Shown one piece after another: positions 23,704 through 38,384 of a stretch of 64,000 bases of DNA. The notes under the pieces were generated by a model. That model ran no database searches, was not told the DNA's origin, and was given only the letters and a program-made list of their open reading frames with translations. The DNA comes from Lama guanicoe (taxonomy: Eukaryota). Positions within the stretch are counted from its first letter, which is position 1; each line of letters starts with the position of its first letter. Where the stretch lies: positions 1,051,379 through 1,115,378 of the forward strand of contig MU053754.1 of NCBI GenBank assembly GCA_013239625.1, written 5' to 3'. The position numbers and the translations under genes are program-made.

Positions 23704-26415
23704 ATATATTTTTAAAACCGGCACGTAACACTGAATTTGGCTCTCTTCTCTGTTCACTGATGTTATCAAGAATGATGTTTCATTGTTCTTTTTCGCAGAC
23801 TGACAAGAGATTTCATATGACATGACGGTGGTTCAAAAAGGCCGGGAACAATGCAACTTGGCGGTTTTACACGTTTCTGTTCAGCATTACTACAGTCTTC
23901 ACGGAGAAGGAACGTCTCTGTCAGACAGGGCTGGAGGTCTTTCCAAATGCTGTCAGAAACAGAACCCTGGTTTGCACAAAGAGTCAGAGCAGCCGGCGGA
24001 CACGTCACCCTCTAGAGCCAGCACGACATCGGCAGGGATGTCAGCTTGAAGGAGGCTCCGAGGGGCTCCCCGGCGGCACGAAGCCAAACTGCCCTCCTCC
24101 CCGGTTGTAGTTTTGAAGTTATAAGAGATGGACACTGAGTTCTGGTCTGCCTTGACATGTAAAATAAAGTTAACTCCTGTTTTGAAATAATCGTGTTGGC
24201 CGAGTTTTCCAAATCTCCACAGAGATGATGCTTAATTCATTTTCCAGGTTGAGTGCAGTCAACGTTTAAGTAAGATGCAATGACTGAACGTGCAGGTCCT
24301 TGGAGACCCAAACGGCAGGGGCCGAGAGAGGGTGGAGGCGGCCGGGTGAGCTTGAACTGCCAGCCAGGAGTCACCCCCACCCAGCTGACTGAGTTCCAAG
24401 TCTGCCCGGCGTCTCTGCCCAAGGTGTCAGCCAGCTTCGTCCACTCAGCCTGTCACCACGATCCAAACGCCAGCAGTGAAGGAGACCTCACAGGCTTCCC
24501 AGAAGGGCCCCAGAAACCAAACATAGGCACCTTTGGGCTTTTTTCTTTACAACGAGGAACTCGGGGTCTGGATTTCTTTTTCTTTTCCTTTTTTTCAACG
24601 TGGAAAGACCCCATGAAGCCCCTTCACTTTTCTGTGACAGAAAGGGGTGACTTAGAACCCATAAGCCTATCTGTGGTGGAAGTACAGAGGGCATTTCCTC
24701 AAAGTCCCAACCAATTTATGATGTGAAAATATTACTCTTATTCATTCTTTCTAGAAATTAAAAAATGCCTACTTTGTTTTGTGGTTTGTGTTGCATTTCT
24801 GTGATCCCGTTAGGTCAGACTTAGAAAGCCAACAAGTCTCGCAAATAAAATAAAAATGATCCCTAAGAATGACAACTGCTGCTAACGGAGGATGGGACTG
24901 CTTTATCTGCTTTTTAAGGTCTCAAAGACATAGCTGACTCGAACAATGAGCAGAAAACTCTAGGCCAGAGGAGTTCCTAATAAAATGCATATGCACCATT
25001 CATGTGAAATTCGTAATTCACACCCAGAAATCCCTGACTCGCCCCTAACACGTGAGGGAGCCCAGGAGCAATGGAGGAATTCCAAACAGACTTTCTCTGG
25101 CAAACTGCAGCGCCTGCACATCTGACTTCCCGACGCGGCCGTCTCTGCCCTGACTCCACACCTTCAGCTCCGTGTAACACAAGAGCAAGTGCTCACTTCC
25201 TCGGCCCCTTTTTGACTGTAAGTCATTCTTGCCAAATGCAACCTCAAAGGCATGTGTGGGCCACGGAGGGAGTGGAGAAACTGAGTGTCGTGTGCATGGA
25301 CTGCCGGACATCCTATATACAAGAAAGTAACTTTTCAGAATCCCAAGGCTATGAATTTGGTACCTGTCAACGAGCGGAGATCTCCTTTCCGGAGTTGGCA
25401 CCCCTCAGCCAGCACACAAGTTAAGAGAGAGGAGCTCTCGAGTATTTGGTAACATAATGAATTGCACATTTTCACAGGCATCATTTCTAGGCCAAAGCAT
25501 GTCGTCACACATAAACACATAAACACATAAATTGATCATATGCGAGGGACAACTCTCAAAGCAGAGGAGCAGCATCCGCAAGAATCTCCTCAAAGGCGTG
25601 GTAACCGTTTCACTGGAAATCACTTCCTCTCTGGGGCTGTTCAGAGACAGCCCCCCCAGGTGCCTAATAAAGTCTCAAGAAATTCATGACAATGACCATC
25701 TCTGTCTGAAAGTGGAGCTGGAAACAGCCGTGGGTCTTAACCACTGGCAGAACACAACCATCTAGATAGTTAAATATAAGAAGCCCATTTCTTTGTTCCC
25801 TAAAATGAAACATTTCTGTATCAACAATGCTGCTTAGAAATGGTTGCAAGGAGTTTCTCTGTGAGTGTCCTAAATTTATATTTCTTGCTGTTTTGACTGG
25901 TTTGTTTTTCACTGCACTCAAATGACAAACTAGCCAAAGTTGAATAATGGGTTTCCACGTAACTGGTTTAATATCGTATAATTTGATTTCCTCTCCAAAA
26001 TTGCTCACTTGGTTGAAATGGCATAACTGTATAGGTTTAAAGTCATCCACAATTTTTCTGAAGAAACCTTCAGAAAACTAAAGAAAACAAAGGCACATAC
26101 ACGTTATCTGCATTTGCATAAACTACTCTGGGAGAAATGGACTTCTCAAACGTGAAGAAATAAAATGACTTGGTACTTTTTGTAAAGTGAGGCATCCCTC
26201 GTCCATCGCTTCTACTGGAGTTGGGCTGGCGCAGGGGGATGTCTTCTCTTGTGAAATGAGATGTTCCAGTAACAATATTTATGCAAACGTGATCTGTATA
26301 TTTAGGAAGATTCATAATTATCCCATAATTGTTTGACAAAGGGCAAAGAATCACATTTTTTAAATATCTTTCTTTTCCTTCCAAGAGTGACTACGGAAAA
26401 CTGAGCTGTCAAAAC

Positions 26416-26480
26416 TGCTGTACACCAGAAACTGACACACTGTAACTGACTATACCTCAATAATAATAACTTTTTAAAAA
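26416..26480 (+). mobile_element. Ultra-short L1 3' terminus
   Basis: GCTGTACACCAGAAACTGACACACTGTAACTGACTATACCTCAAT plus tail; AAAACTG(C/T)TG on both sides. Confidence 0.8.
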
Positions 26481-26956
26481 ACTGTTGCCAGTTTTGACAC
26501 TTGGCCTATTTCTAAATGTTCTATGTTGACTACTTCAATCTTTAAAAACTTTCTCGAGGGAGACAGTGTGACAGAGTGGAATGGGCACTAGCTCCGAAGC
26601 CAGAAGACCAGGGCATCCACCTCGTAACACGGGCCTGGCCAAACCAGTGTTCTATGCAAAAGATGTCAGTCCTCTCACATAAGAAGACAGCCACATAAGC
26701 CACTTACAGACTGTCTGTGGAAAAGGAAGATGGAATCTGCAGTGATCCATGCAGAGAAATCTGTTTTAAAAGAATCTTACCTCCCTCCTCCCGCTCTTCC
26801 TCACCTCAAGTTTCCTCACGTCTTCTCTCTCACCTTGGCTGGAGCTTACCGATGGAAATGTCTGCAGTGAGGGATGGCAGTGTCCTCTGTCTGTGCTGGC
26901 CCATGATGCAGCCGCCAGCTCTGAGTGCACACTGAGCCCTCGAAATGCGGTGAGTG

Positions 26957-27177
26957 TGGGGGTTCTCAACCTCAGCACTGCTGACGTTTTGGGCCAAATG
27001 CTTCTTTGCAGTGGGGCTGTCCCGTGCACCTTAAGATATTTAGAGCAGCCTCCCAGGCTGTACCCACGAGATGCCAGCAGCACCTCCTCCCCCGAGCTGT
27101 GACCACCAAAAGTGTCTCCAGACATTGCCCAATGTCCCCTGGGGGCAGCAAAATTATCTCTGGTTGAGAACCACAGG
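26957..27177. mobile_element. MER20-like hAT MITE
   Basis: GGTTCTCAACCTCAGCACTGCTGACGTTTTGGGCC...GTCTCCAGACATTGCC...TGGTTGAGAACCAC. Confidence 0.85.
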
Positions 27178-28877
27178 CTAATGCCATTGAGGAACTGAAT
27201 GTTTAACTGCCTTCAATTTAAACATTTAAATAGCAGATATGTTGGGCAGCTACTATTTTGGACAGTGTTGCCTCAAAACTTCTGAGATTATTATGAAAAG
27301 CTAGACTGACAGGCAACAAAGATGCTGGGAAGTATAGAATTTTTTTTTCTGGAAGGGCTAAGGACAGGTTAAAACAGCTTTATTTGCATAATAATTATTT
27401 ATTTGCTGTCCCTCTAACTCAGAGCAGCTAGAGTGACCCAGCAATGTGTAAAAAGGTACAAAGTTAATAATAAAAGGAAATTGAGAAAAACCCACCACAG
27501 GGGTTTTCTGTCCATACCTGCCACCCAGGGAGGCAATAATGAGATAAACAGAGATCCGTCAGTAGCAGGGGCCAGAACCAAAGAAGGTTAACAGCCGTGA
27601 CCACCCCAAGCTGTTCCTTCTAGGTCTGTCTCTGTCCTCTCCCTGCTGACCCCCCTGGCCATGCAGGACCAGGTGCGACTGCTCGGGGCAGCGCGAGTGA
27701 CCTGAACAGCAAGCTCCCCACTAGCCCGTTGGGGTCACCCCTCCATTTATATCACTGGACCCTGGTCGCCCGGACCTTTAAATTGGGGTTACATGGGTTC
27801 ATTCGATACGTGGAAAGTGTAGTAAGGACGTATCTCTTTCATTTGAGGCAGGAGGACAATCCCCCAGTGATAGGAGATAACTGTTTGGTCAGAGAACCCA
27901 GAAGCAACTGAGAGCCCCGGAAAGAGTCCAAGTTCAAATGGAGTCATGCAGAAAGCAAGCTGCTCTCTGCAAGGTCAAAGGCAACTGAACCCCCACGAGC
28001 CTGGAGGCTGAGATGTCCCAATTCCCAGTTTTCTGTCGCAAGAAATATATGGGTACTGCTGGAAAGAAATAATATCCAGTGTGGTGAAATACACTAGCAT
28101 TTTATATTCCCTCCCAAACGTTCCTGATGCCAGGAACAGTCAGTGGAAGTCACAAACAGAGAACACGGGCTGCAGAGACAAACAGTCCTGCCACTTGGCC
28201 CACAAACGGCCATGATTCCAGGAACCTCAGAAGAGTCCTTATTCCATCCCATGTCCAGCTGTCTGAACTGTGAAATGTGGGTACCTTCCTGGGGTAACTG
28301 CAGAAACTGGAGAGGGCGTCCCTCTATATGTGACGACTGTAGACTCCGCCCATTTCACGTGCTCTCACGTGCAATTTCCCTTTACTGAGGCGACTCTGTG
28401 CTCTTGGCGCTGGAAGAGGCAGAAAAAAGGCTGCCGCACCCAACAATGAGCTCAGGAGCCCCAGAGGCTGTAAGCTCAGTCTCTCTGCTCCAGGAGACGC
28501 CCCTCTAGGGACACAGGCACACAAACACTGCACAAGATCAAAGAAGTCCATGGTGGGAGCACACCACGTACTGTCGGAGCAACCAGGACGCCACGGCTCA
28601 TATACTCCCGACAGGAAATTCCCCCTAAGTGAACAGCTACCAAAAGGGAGCAAAATAAACAACTCTGAACAAAAAGGATCAGGCATCTGCTAGTTTCAAG
28701 GGCTCTTCCAAAGGACAAATGGTTCCCAAACCATTCATTCACAAGAGTGCTTATTCATCTCAAGAGCCCTAGAGATTAAATGATGACACTGTCCCGTCAA
28801 CCTTCTTTTCAACAATTTAGAGTAAAAAAATACCAGTAATAACCAATGAAATGAAAACCTGGCTTTAAAAGATGTGC

Positions 28878-29190
28878 GTCAGGCCAAGTGAAATGTGTCA
28901 GACACAGAACGACAAATATGGCATGACTCCTCTTATATGAGGTTCTCAGAGGAGCGAAGCTCATAGAGTCACAAAGGGGAAGGGTGGGGGCCGGGGGCTG
29001 GGGAGGAAGAAACGGGGAGTGTTTGGTGAGTACAGAGTGCTGGTCTGGGAAGACCGAAAGTTCCGGGTATGGAAGGTGGTTGATGGCCACACAACAACGT
29101 GAATGTCCTTCATGCCAGTGAACCATGCACTTAGAAGTGAGGAAAATGGTAACGTTTTAATCGTATGTGTGTTTTACCACAAAAAAAAGG
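28878..29190 (+). mobile_element. L1MB-like 3' end
   Basis: GACAAATATGGCATGACTCCTCTTATATGAGG...ACAACAACGTGAATGT...GTGTTTTACCACAAAAAAAA. Confidence 0.8.
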
Positions 29191-29939
29191 AAAAGATGGA
29201 CAGCCTGGTTATGCAGCAGTCCCAGTCACATACACACGGGCTCACACCTGCACACACACACTGCACACCCGTGGTCCCCTCTGCATCAAGTTGGGTGAGG
29301 ACAGCGGAGGAACCTCTGGGCTTGCCCGCACAGCACACTGCCACACACAGAAAACAAGCAGCCCTGAAAGGATGCCCCGCTGCCAGGCTTCTCTGTTGCA
29401 GCTGCGCTGTAAAATCAGTGCTACGGAGGGACTATTAGACATGAGCTGATGTCTCCCAGGCTGTGATACGATGCTTCAAGTGCCCCCTTCTCCTGCCTGG
29501 TGCCCACATCCTACTGGGTAACGTGATCCACTGTCTGTGGCCACATCACAGAAGCTTTCTGGTTGATGAGCAGACGGCTAACAATGAGACTCCCCACTCC
29601 CACCCCAATGCAACACTGCATAAAAAATTCATATTTTAGACCATTCTCTCCTTCTTTAAGTAATGACAATAAAAGTTCCTGGAACCCAGCCTGTCTGAAT
29701 TAATTTTAGTTTGCTGTGCAATAATAAACTAATGGTTTGGGGCACAGAAGCATTTCTATGAAGAGAAAAAAAAAAAAAAAAAGAAAGAAAAAGAAAAAAG
29801 AAAACCCAGTTATGCATAGTCAAATGGAAAGTTCACTCAACCATGTGTCCTAACCTTTGCTGCTAACGGGCAACGCTATTCCAGATACGGTGCTACCCCC
29901 ACGGGCTGCGGCGTTCCCAGTCTGATTGGTTAGACTCTC

Positions 29940-30095
29940 GCTATTCAAAGTGCAGTCCATGGGCCTAGAGCATCAGCCTCCCCGGAGAACTTACTGTAAA
30001 TGCAAAAGCTTGAGCTCCACCCGGACCTGCTGAATCTGAATCTACATTTGAACAGTATCTCCAGCGGATGCACGTGAAAGCTGGAGGAATCTGGT
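29940..30095. mobile_element. MER5A-like hAT MITE
   Basis: TCAAAGTGCAGTCC...GCATCAGC...AAATGCA...GACCTGCTGAATCTGAATCTACATTT. Confidence 0.7.
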
Positions 30096-30734
30096 CTAGA
30101 GGAGCAGGCCCCCAGACAGGGCGTCTGGACACACTGGTGCGTTGCACGGTGCTGTGACATGGCACCAGTAACCTGTGGTCTGTAAGGGCCAAAGACAGTT
30201 ACAAATGTCATAGAAAGACATCTGGGCAGATCTCTGAGTATTCATCCAAAATGAGATGCATCTCTCTAAGGTTCCCTGACTGGGAAACAGTGAGGGGAAG
30301 GGAGGAGACACAGCCAAAGCCAGAGAGCTGCCTGGCTGCACCCCGGGATAATTAAGCATCACGAAGACATCAAGACATTGAGCAGAATAACATGTAAAAT
30401 AATTTAAAATCTTAGCTGGTAGAAAAATGATTTCCAGCACAGCCGTATGCATACAGTGTACACTAAGTAAGCACTGCTTGAAATCTCACCCATTAAATAA
30501 TGACACCATTTCACCCAGGTGAGTTGCACTAAGCAGTCCTACCTCAGAGGAGTTTCATGCCCATGTCAATGCCAGAGCACCGCTCCGAACACAGCTCAGC
30601 AAGCAATGGCTTAGGTGTGATCATTTGAGTATAAGTGGGTTAAATTATCTCCTATCACTGCCATTATTTGCAGACCTGTATAAATGTCTAATGATTAAAC
30701 CCAATGATTCATCATTCTAAGTGCTCTTCCTAGC

Positions 30735-30945
30735 GAGGTAGACTGCACACTGATCCCACGTCTTCTGCCTCCCTAGAAGAGGATGGTCTGTGACCGTGAC
30801 GACACACACTTCTCAGTCCCACTGATGTCATCCTGGGTTCTGTGACGTGCTTGGCCGAGAAGCTGTGATGAGCACTGGCAGGTACCACATCGGAGCAGTT
30901 TTAAGAGACGTCCCAGTGCTGTGCTATGTGTCTTCACCCTGCCTT
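30735..30945 (+). mobile_element. Old MLT1 (MLT1J-like) LTR fragment
   Basis: CCCACTGATGTCA...TGTGACGTGCTTGGCC...GAGCAG...TTTAAGAG pattern. Confidence 0.45.
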
Positions 30946-32099
30946 AGTACTGGCCTAAATGCCAAGTTCTAGCCAACAGGCTGAGCGAGGGAACCCAACA
31001 GGGTCAGGGAGGATGTTTTCCTTCTACACTGGTCTAGTCACCCAGCACTTAGACACAGGGCAGTGAAAACCAGTATCAACACAGAGCAATGTGAGGAGGA
31101 ATATGGATTTATATACATTCAAGAGAAAACAGCTGAACCTGTCTGAGAGATTGTCCTGCCTCTTCAAACCCGGATTTCCCTCTGTTTTCTCTTCGCCTTG
31201 TGGCCAAACTACCAAAAGGAGAGGGCACCATACCTGAATCAAATCTCTCCCTTTCCAATTCCCCTCAACTCACATGCAGTCAGGCTCCTGGCTTCCAGGC
31301 TCTCCTACACCCTCTCCCAAAGTTACCAACGACACTAGGGTCCTTTCCACTGTCCTCACATCCTATTAGCCATGAGACACTGAGAAGGCTACTCACAACC
31401 TCCTGTCTCGCACACTGTCAAACAAAGTTAGAACTTTCCCTCTGCTTCTCAGAAAGATGCTTTGAAAGGCAAGTGCTATTCATTTATGTGAAGACTTGTG
31501 CACACTGTCAGTCTTAACCAAATGAGAGATATTCATATCAGGACTGAAGATCAAGCCACAGCTGCTATCAACACATTTGAGGACAAAGCTAGATGTACTA
31601 AAAATGTCAGATTACCACCAATGTACGTCAAGGACATGAAAGACGTATACTGATCAGAAGGCCCTTCTCAGAACGGAGGCGTGAAGGATGCTGATACAGA
31701 AGACTAAAATTATATCCAGCCCACATCCCATCGCCTCATCCTCATTATCCGTCCACAGGCACTGGTCCAGGCACACGGACACAACATAAGTAAAGCTGTA
31801 CAAATGCAAAGGGAGAGAAGGAAGATAAACAGACTGGAATAAAGGCGGGGGGGTGGTGGTGAGGGTAACGAGGGTCCACGCCTCGAGCATCTTGGGTTCT
31901 ACGTGCAAACACATAGAGGCAAAAAACTCCAAGACAATGAATGTGAACACAGCATTGTGTCAGTGCACAGGAGGGGCTGACTAATCGGTCCTGGGACTGA
32001 GGAAAATATAAAGGTCAGGAAAGGCTGCACAGAAGGAAGGAATTCAGTCTGGCCACTGGCGGAAAATGAGAGTTTCACAGCAAAAACGCTGGCACAGTC

Positions 32100-35000
32100 A
32101 CCTCCAGCGTCTAGCTCAGCAGGTAAGGAATCCAGATGTCACCAGCCCATCTTCACAACCAATAAAAAGGTGAACAGACTAGAACATTCACAGCTTTGCC
32201 TGAAACCCGTAAGACGTGAGAGGGCACAGAACAAGCCAGTGCTCCCAAGACTGGAGAGACAGGCGAACACAAGAAGTTACGGCTTTCCAGAGCAGAAATC
32301 CCCAGGTGGAAACCACCACGGGAACGGGGGCCAGGGTAGGGACACTGAATTGCAACTGACCAACTGCTGGAGACTGCAGGTGACAAGTCTGACAGGTAAG
32401 AGTCCAGAGGGACTCCAAAAGGAACCATTCTGAAAGATGTCTTCTGGGAGGGCCTGCTTCAGGGACACCAGCTAACCAGACCCTGACCTGCTGGGTATTA
32501 TTATCAGAGCCTAACCGACCTGGGGGCAGGAAACGTCCAATGTCAGCTAGCTTCCGCCATTCTGTCCCACCTAAGGGAAGAGAAAAAGCTTCAGAAACAC
32601 TTAATACGTTCCTAGTTCAGAGGCACAGCCTCACTAAAGACTGAAATCTAGTCAGAAGACTAAGAATGTTTCCACTCCTTACACACCTTAACCACTGTTT
32701 AACTGAAGTTCTTTTTACAGCATTTCCATCTATGGTAGACATATCCAGCTTTCAAGAGAAAATGACAAGGCATACCCAAAGGCAAAACAAGACAATTTGA
32801 AGAGAGAAAGTGATCATCAGAACCAGACAAGGCAGGAATGTGAGCATTATCACATCAGGAATTGAAAACAACTCAGACCAATATTGCAGACAGCATGCAA
32901 GAACAGGTGGGCAATGTAAGCAGAGAGGTGGAGATGCTAAGAACGAACGAAAAAAAAAATGTCCTGGCGATCAAAAAGTATAACAAATACAGAATGCCTT
33001 TCCTGCACTTATGAGTAGATAAGGACACAGCTGAGGAACAAAATCGTATCAGACACAAAGCCACAGATCCAGAAGCTCAATGAACAAGTGGAGTAACTGT
33101 CACACGTCGACACCTCAGCATCTCACCTTCAAGTTATAGAAGATCAAAGATAAAAAAGAAATCCTCAAGAAAGCCAGAGGAGGGAAATATATTTTACCTA
33201 CAAAGAAACAAGGAATCACATTTAACGTTTCCTCAGAAATCAAGCAAGTAAGGAAAGTGGACAGAAATATTTAAAATGCTGGGGGAATGGGGGGGGGGAA
33301 TCCCACCAGCTATAAGTTTTTACCCTGTAAAATCATCCTTCAAAAGTGAAGGTGAAATAAAGACTCAGACAAACCAAAACTGAGGGAATTTTTTGCCACT
33401 AGACCTACCTGGCAACAAACGTTAAAAAGTTCTTTAGAGAGAAAAAATAATACAGGTCAGAAATTCAGATCTACAAAAAGAAGGGAAAAAAGAGTATCAA
33501 AGGAGGAATAAGAAAAGATAAAATTCCAAATTTTATATTTTTTTATTCTTAATTGATAACAGTTTGTTCAAAATAATAACAGCATCAAGTTATTTGATCA
33601 TGTGTGCATATGTATCTATTATACATAAATATATATTTTATATACACACTTTTAGTTTATAATGTATATGCTTATATAGAAATATATAATTTTATACATA
33701 TTCCTGTCCACTTATTTTTAAGTAAAATGAAAGAGAAAGGAATTAGGATTATTTTGTCATTATATAGTATTCATACTAGCCAGTAAAGTGGTATGGGATT
33801 ATTTGAAAGTGGACTTGAATTTATTGTAAATGTATATTGTAATCTATAAGGCAATCACTAAAAAGAGTTTAAAAAAAGTCTAATATGTTAAAAAAGGAAA
33901 GCGGAATCACAAAACGCTCAAAGCCACAAAAAATAGGAACAAAGAACAAAAGCAACAAACATTATCAAATATGATAGATATGAACCCAACTATATCAATA
34001 ATCACTTTGAATGTCAATGGTCTAAATGCACCAATTTAAAAGATGGTGACTGTGAGCGAAGCAAAACACAAGACCCAAAAAACAAGAAGTCTGCCTTAAA
34101 TACAGACACACACAGATTAAAAGTAAATGGATAGAGAAAATACACCAGGCTAACACTCATCAAAAGAAAGCATAAGTAGCTCTAATAATTTTAAACAGAG
34201 CGGACTTCAAAACAAAGAAAGTTATCAGGGATAAAGAAGGGAACTTACATAATGATAAAGAGGTCAATTCTCCAAGAAGACATAACGGTTCTTAATAAAC
34301 TCCGTGAGACAAAAACAAATAGAACAGCAAGTACAAACAGAAGAAACAGATGCATTCAATGTCACAGTTGGAGACTTCAATAGCCCCCTCTCAGAAACGG
34401 ACAGACCCAGCTGGTAGAAAATCAGTGGAGACATAGCTGAACTCAACAGCACCAAGGATCAACTGTATGTAAGTGACATCTATAGACTAATTGACCCAAC
34501 AACAGCAGAAAACACTTCTCTCAAGCTCACATGGAATATGCACCAAAACAGACCACATTCGGGGCCATAAAACACATCACGTCTGCTCTCAGGTCACAAT
34601 GGAATGAAAACTAGAAGTTAACAGTGGAAAGATCATTGGAAAACTCCAAAACATGTGGAGATTCAACAACACACGGGTTCTAAATAACACACGGGTCAAC
34701 GGAGAACTCTCAAAAGGAATTTAAAATTATTTTGAAGTGAATAAAGACAAAAACACAACTTTTCAAAATGTAGCATGTACTGAAAACAGTATTTAGAGAA
34801 AAATGTATAGCACTGAATGTTGTATTAGGAAAGAAAGATCTAAAGTCACTAATCTAAATTTCCAGCTTAGAAAACTAGCAAAGAAAGAACAAATTAAATC
34901 CTAAGTGAGGAGAAGGAAAGAAATAATAAGAGTTAGTGCAGAAACAAATGAAATTAAGAACAGGAACTCAATAAAGAAAAACCACAAAGTCAAAATCTGT

Positions 35001-35832
35001 TTCTTTTAAAAGATCAGTAGAATCATTAAGCCTCTAGCAGGGCTAATGAAGAAGAGAGAAGACACAAATGACTAACAGGAGAAATGAAAGAGGGACACTA
35101 CAGATCGCATGGAAATTTAAAGTATAATAAAGAAGTACTATGAAAAACTATGTCCACAAATTCAATAACGTAGATGAAATGGACCAATTTCTCAAAAAAT
35201 AGAATCTGTTAAAAGTCACAGAAGAAAGAGATGACCTCAGTAGGCTTGTATCTGTTAAAGATACTGAATTAATACTTAATAGTCTTCCAAAACAGAAAAC
35301 ACCAGGCCCATGTGGGTTCACTGGTGAATTCTACCCAACGACTAAGAAAGGAATGAGACCAATTCTCTACCATTTGTTCAGAGGATTGAAGCAGAGGGAA
35401 CACTTCTTCACTCATTCTATGAGGTCAGCGTTACTCCAATACCAAAACCAAAGGCATCAGACGAAAGCTGTAAGAAATCTCTCTTATGAATACAGATGCA
35501 AAAATCCTCAAGAAAATATTAGCAAACTGAATCCAAAGCTGTATGAAAAGAATTACATAAACATTTGACCAAGTGGGATTTGTCCCAGCATTGACTCCAA
35601 TGCTAGTTCAACATTCAAATATCAAGAGATGTAATCCATGACATCGACAGGCCAAAGAAAGAAAACTCTTATGATCATATCAATGGATACAGAAAAAGCA
35701 TTTAACGAAACTCGACACTCACTCATGATGAGGACTTTCAGTAAACTAGGCATCATGGGGAACTTTCTCAGCTTGGTAAGGAGTACCTGCAGACAGCCCC
35801 ATGGCTATCACCAGGCTTGATGGTAAGAGGCT
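32100..35832 (+). mobile_element. Long decayed ancient L1 (L1MC/L1MD-like): 5' region, ORF1 remnant, inter-ORF, ORF2 from EN to the start of RT; 3'-truncated
   Basis: ORF1 C-terminal motifs (TCCTTCAAAAGTGAAGGTGAAATAAAGAC); ORF2 start ATCAATAATCACTTTGAATGTCAATGG (~33990); VGDFN, PGP-GFTGEFY and MIISMDTEKAFN motifs; many stops and frameshifts. Confidence 0.9.
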
Positions 35833-35839
35833 TGAAACT

Positions 35840-36007
35840 ACCCTGGGCCAGCAACAGGCCCCACTGCAGGTCTCCTACAAATACAGACTCTCAAACCCCA
35901 GCCCAGACTCACTGAATTAGAACCTCTGGAGGTGGGACCCAGGAATCGGTATCTGAGCAAGCTCACCAGCAGACTCTTAAGCACAGTTATGTTTGAGAAG
36001 CACTGCT
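35840..36007. mobile_element. MER5-like hAT MITE
   Basis: CCCAGACTCACTGAATTAGAACCTCTGGAGGTGGGACCCAGGAATC...TTTGAGAAGCACTG. Confidence 0.7.
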
Positions 36008-38384
36008 CTGAGAAGTTGGGAGTCTTAAAAGAGCAGAAATAGGGAGCAAGGGAGAGGCCGTGGGGCTTGTCTACGCCAGGGATAACACATGCTGGAGTTA
36101 CAGCAGGGAGGATGGCGAACTGGCTGGAGACGTGAGTCTGAAAAACTCTGCAGAAGGATGGTAGCAAGGTAAAGGAGAGGATGGCACTAAGGAGGCTGGT
36201 GAGTTTTTAGGTTGAGTGGCTGAGTGATTATTTATGTTTTTAATTAATTGGAGACTCTAGGGAGAGGAACAAGTTTGGGGGTGACAAATAAGCAGCTTGG
36301 CCACAGAGCTCCTAAGTGACACTGTCAGCACTGGAGCCCAGAGACCAGACTCTCTCCACATGTCGCTCAGTCTCTCATGCAACAGGGAGGAGAAACGTGT
36401 CCAAACCAGGACAAAGCAACTTAAAGGGTTTCAACAGGACCATAAATCAGAAGTGATGAGTATGGACTTGAATCTGCATCTCAGGATGGAAACATGGTCG
36501 TGGTTTGTGTATGTACAGTGTACAGACGGAGGAAGATAGGGAAAGGTGAGGCAGGTAAAGAAGGGACATTTCATTGACCAACAACCAAGTTCTCATTCTG
36601 CATTTCAACTGTCAGAGAGCAATCACCTTGTCCCATTGCCGTTAGATTCTGGCGGTTCAGAAAGAGCCTTCAACTGTATACATTAAGTATCTTAAGACTT
36701 GATTAATGCTACTATAAAGGAAAATGCAAGCCAACTAACTTTGCCTTCATCCTCAGCAAGACGCCACCCCTCAGCAGAATGACAGCTAATGAGGTAACAC
36801 GGGGGATTTCAGCACAGCGGCACACAAAAGGCCTGGAGATGTGACTCTCCCAAACTAGGCTATTTTTTTCCCTCCCAGATATTGTCCCAGGACTGAGCAG
36901 AAAAAGATTCAGAAGTCACACAGCAACGCCTCCCAGGGTGTGTAACTCAACATTCTGCCAGCGTTCGTTACCCCTTATAATATTCTCCATTACCAGTTGG
37001 AAAACAAAAGTTCTAAGGAGTTTCACTGTCTTTTTGTCTCCAAATGACAAAGAAACGAAAGAAACATACACAGGATGCGAAGGACAAAGGCGAGGATGGG
37101 TGCCGGAGGGGCAGCATCGCGAGGCTTTAAAACACAACAAACCCATGTGTTTGCTGCGAATTTTCCCTGGCTCTTGAAACTGGAGTCCGTCTTTAAACAG
37201 ACAGAGTGACCGGTTTCTTGGTGATCGGAACACTTTTCGATGCAACTTCACGCCATACTTTCGGGATGGCCAAGATTTACAGCTGATTAGCCTGCATACT
37301 TCAGTCGCTTTCTCAAAAGATTCTAGGAAGGGATTATTTCTGGGCCCAAAGAGCCCTAGAGAATAGGCAGGGCGGCTCGCGGCCGTAATGTGAATTCCCC
37401 GGACTCGGTACACTGTGCTCATTGAAGCAGATAAAGCAAAGTTAAAGAAGCATTTAGTTCTTCAGAATGCCAGCCTTAATAAGTATCTTTTTGTGGAAGG
37501 ATTTAGGAGGAGGGGAGGGTTACCCTTAGTGCAGGCATTATTTCCTCATACAAAAAGGGAAAATGTGCATACAGTTGGATGTAAAAAGCCAAAACGCACA
37601 CGCCCCCCTCCCTCCCCAAGGAAAAGTTGCTGAACACACACTCCCAAACGCCAGAGCATGAATCTTCACAGCTTAATAGTCCCGAAGCCATTGTGCACTT
37701 TCTCTTGGGAAAGGCGGCTCATTCATCTGCAACCGCCCAAGTTCAACCGTTCAGCTGTGAGAACGGGGAGCTGCGCGGCCCTCCAGACCCCACCTTCATC
37801 AGTAAGCAGGACCCAGTAGGAGGAGGAGGGGGGCAGCCCCCCACACACCCCCAGGATGCCCCCGTCGAGGAACATGAGAAAGTCTGCCACAGGCTCAACT
37901 GGTCACATCGGCGGGCGGCCGAACGCTTAAAGTGACCTCTGCTTGCACGGTGCAAGGTCCGCCTGGCCCCAGGAACTTCCACAGGTTGTGTTGTAAACAC
38001 TGTCCCACGTGGAACAGGGTGCAGAATCAGTCACTCATGATTACTTAAAGTGCGTGCCGTTTACTAAGGCAATGGCACAGGATCCCACTTCGCTAACCAC
38101 CAGCAAATGTCTCCTGGTCGACCTGGCCTTCCCTGCAACCTGTCTTCTAACATGAATATGCACATGGAAGGCAACTGAGCTATGGGTACAACGAAAAGCA
38201 CGTAGAGATGCCCATTGCGCCGCTGGAGTGGAGTTTCCGCTGTGGTTACAGGAGGTGAAATGCACACTTCACCCGCAGGTGCTTCTCTATGTCTAAAATT
38301 TTCCATACGGACTCCAGTAACCTAAGGCAGACTGGGAAGGTCCTTCACAGAGAGCAACGTCAACACTTACTACTACTAATAAAA

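Noticed and set aside
35353..35820. ORFs with reverse-transcriptase-like motifs
   Set aside because: These are fragments of a dead L1 ORF2 with many stops and frameshifts, not an active element or retron-like system.
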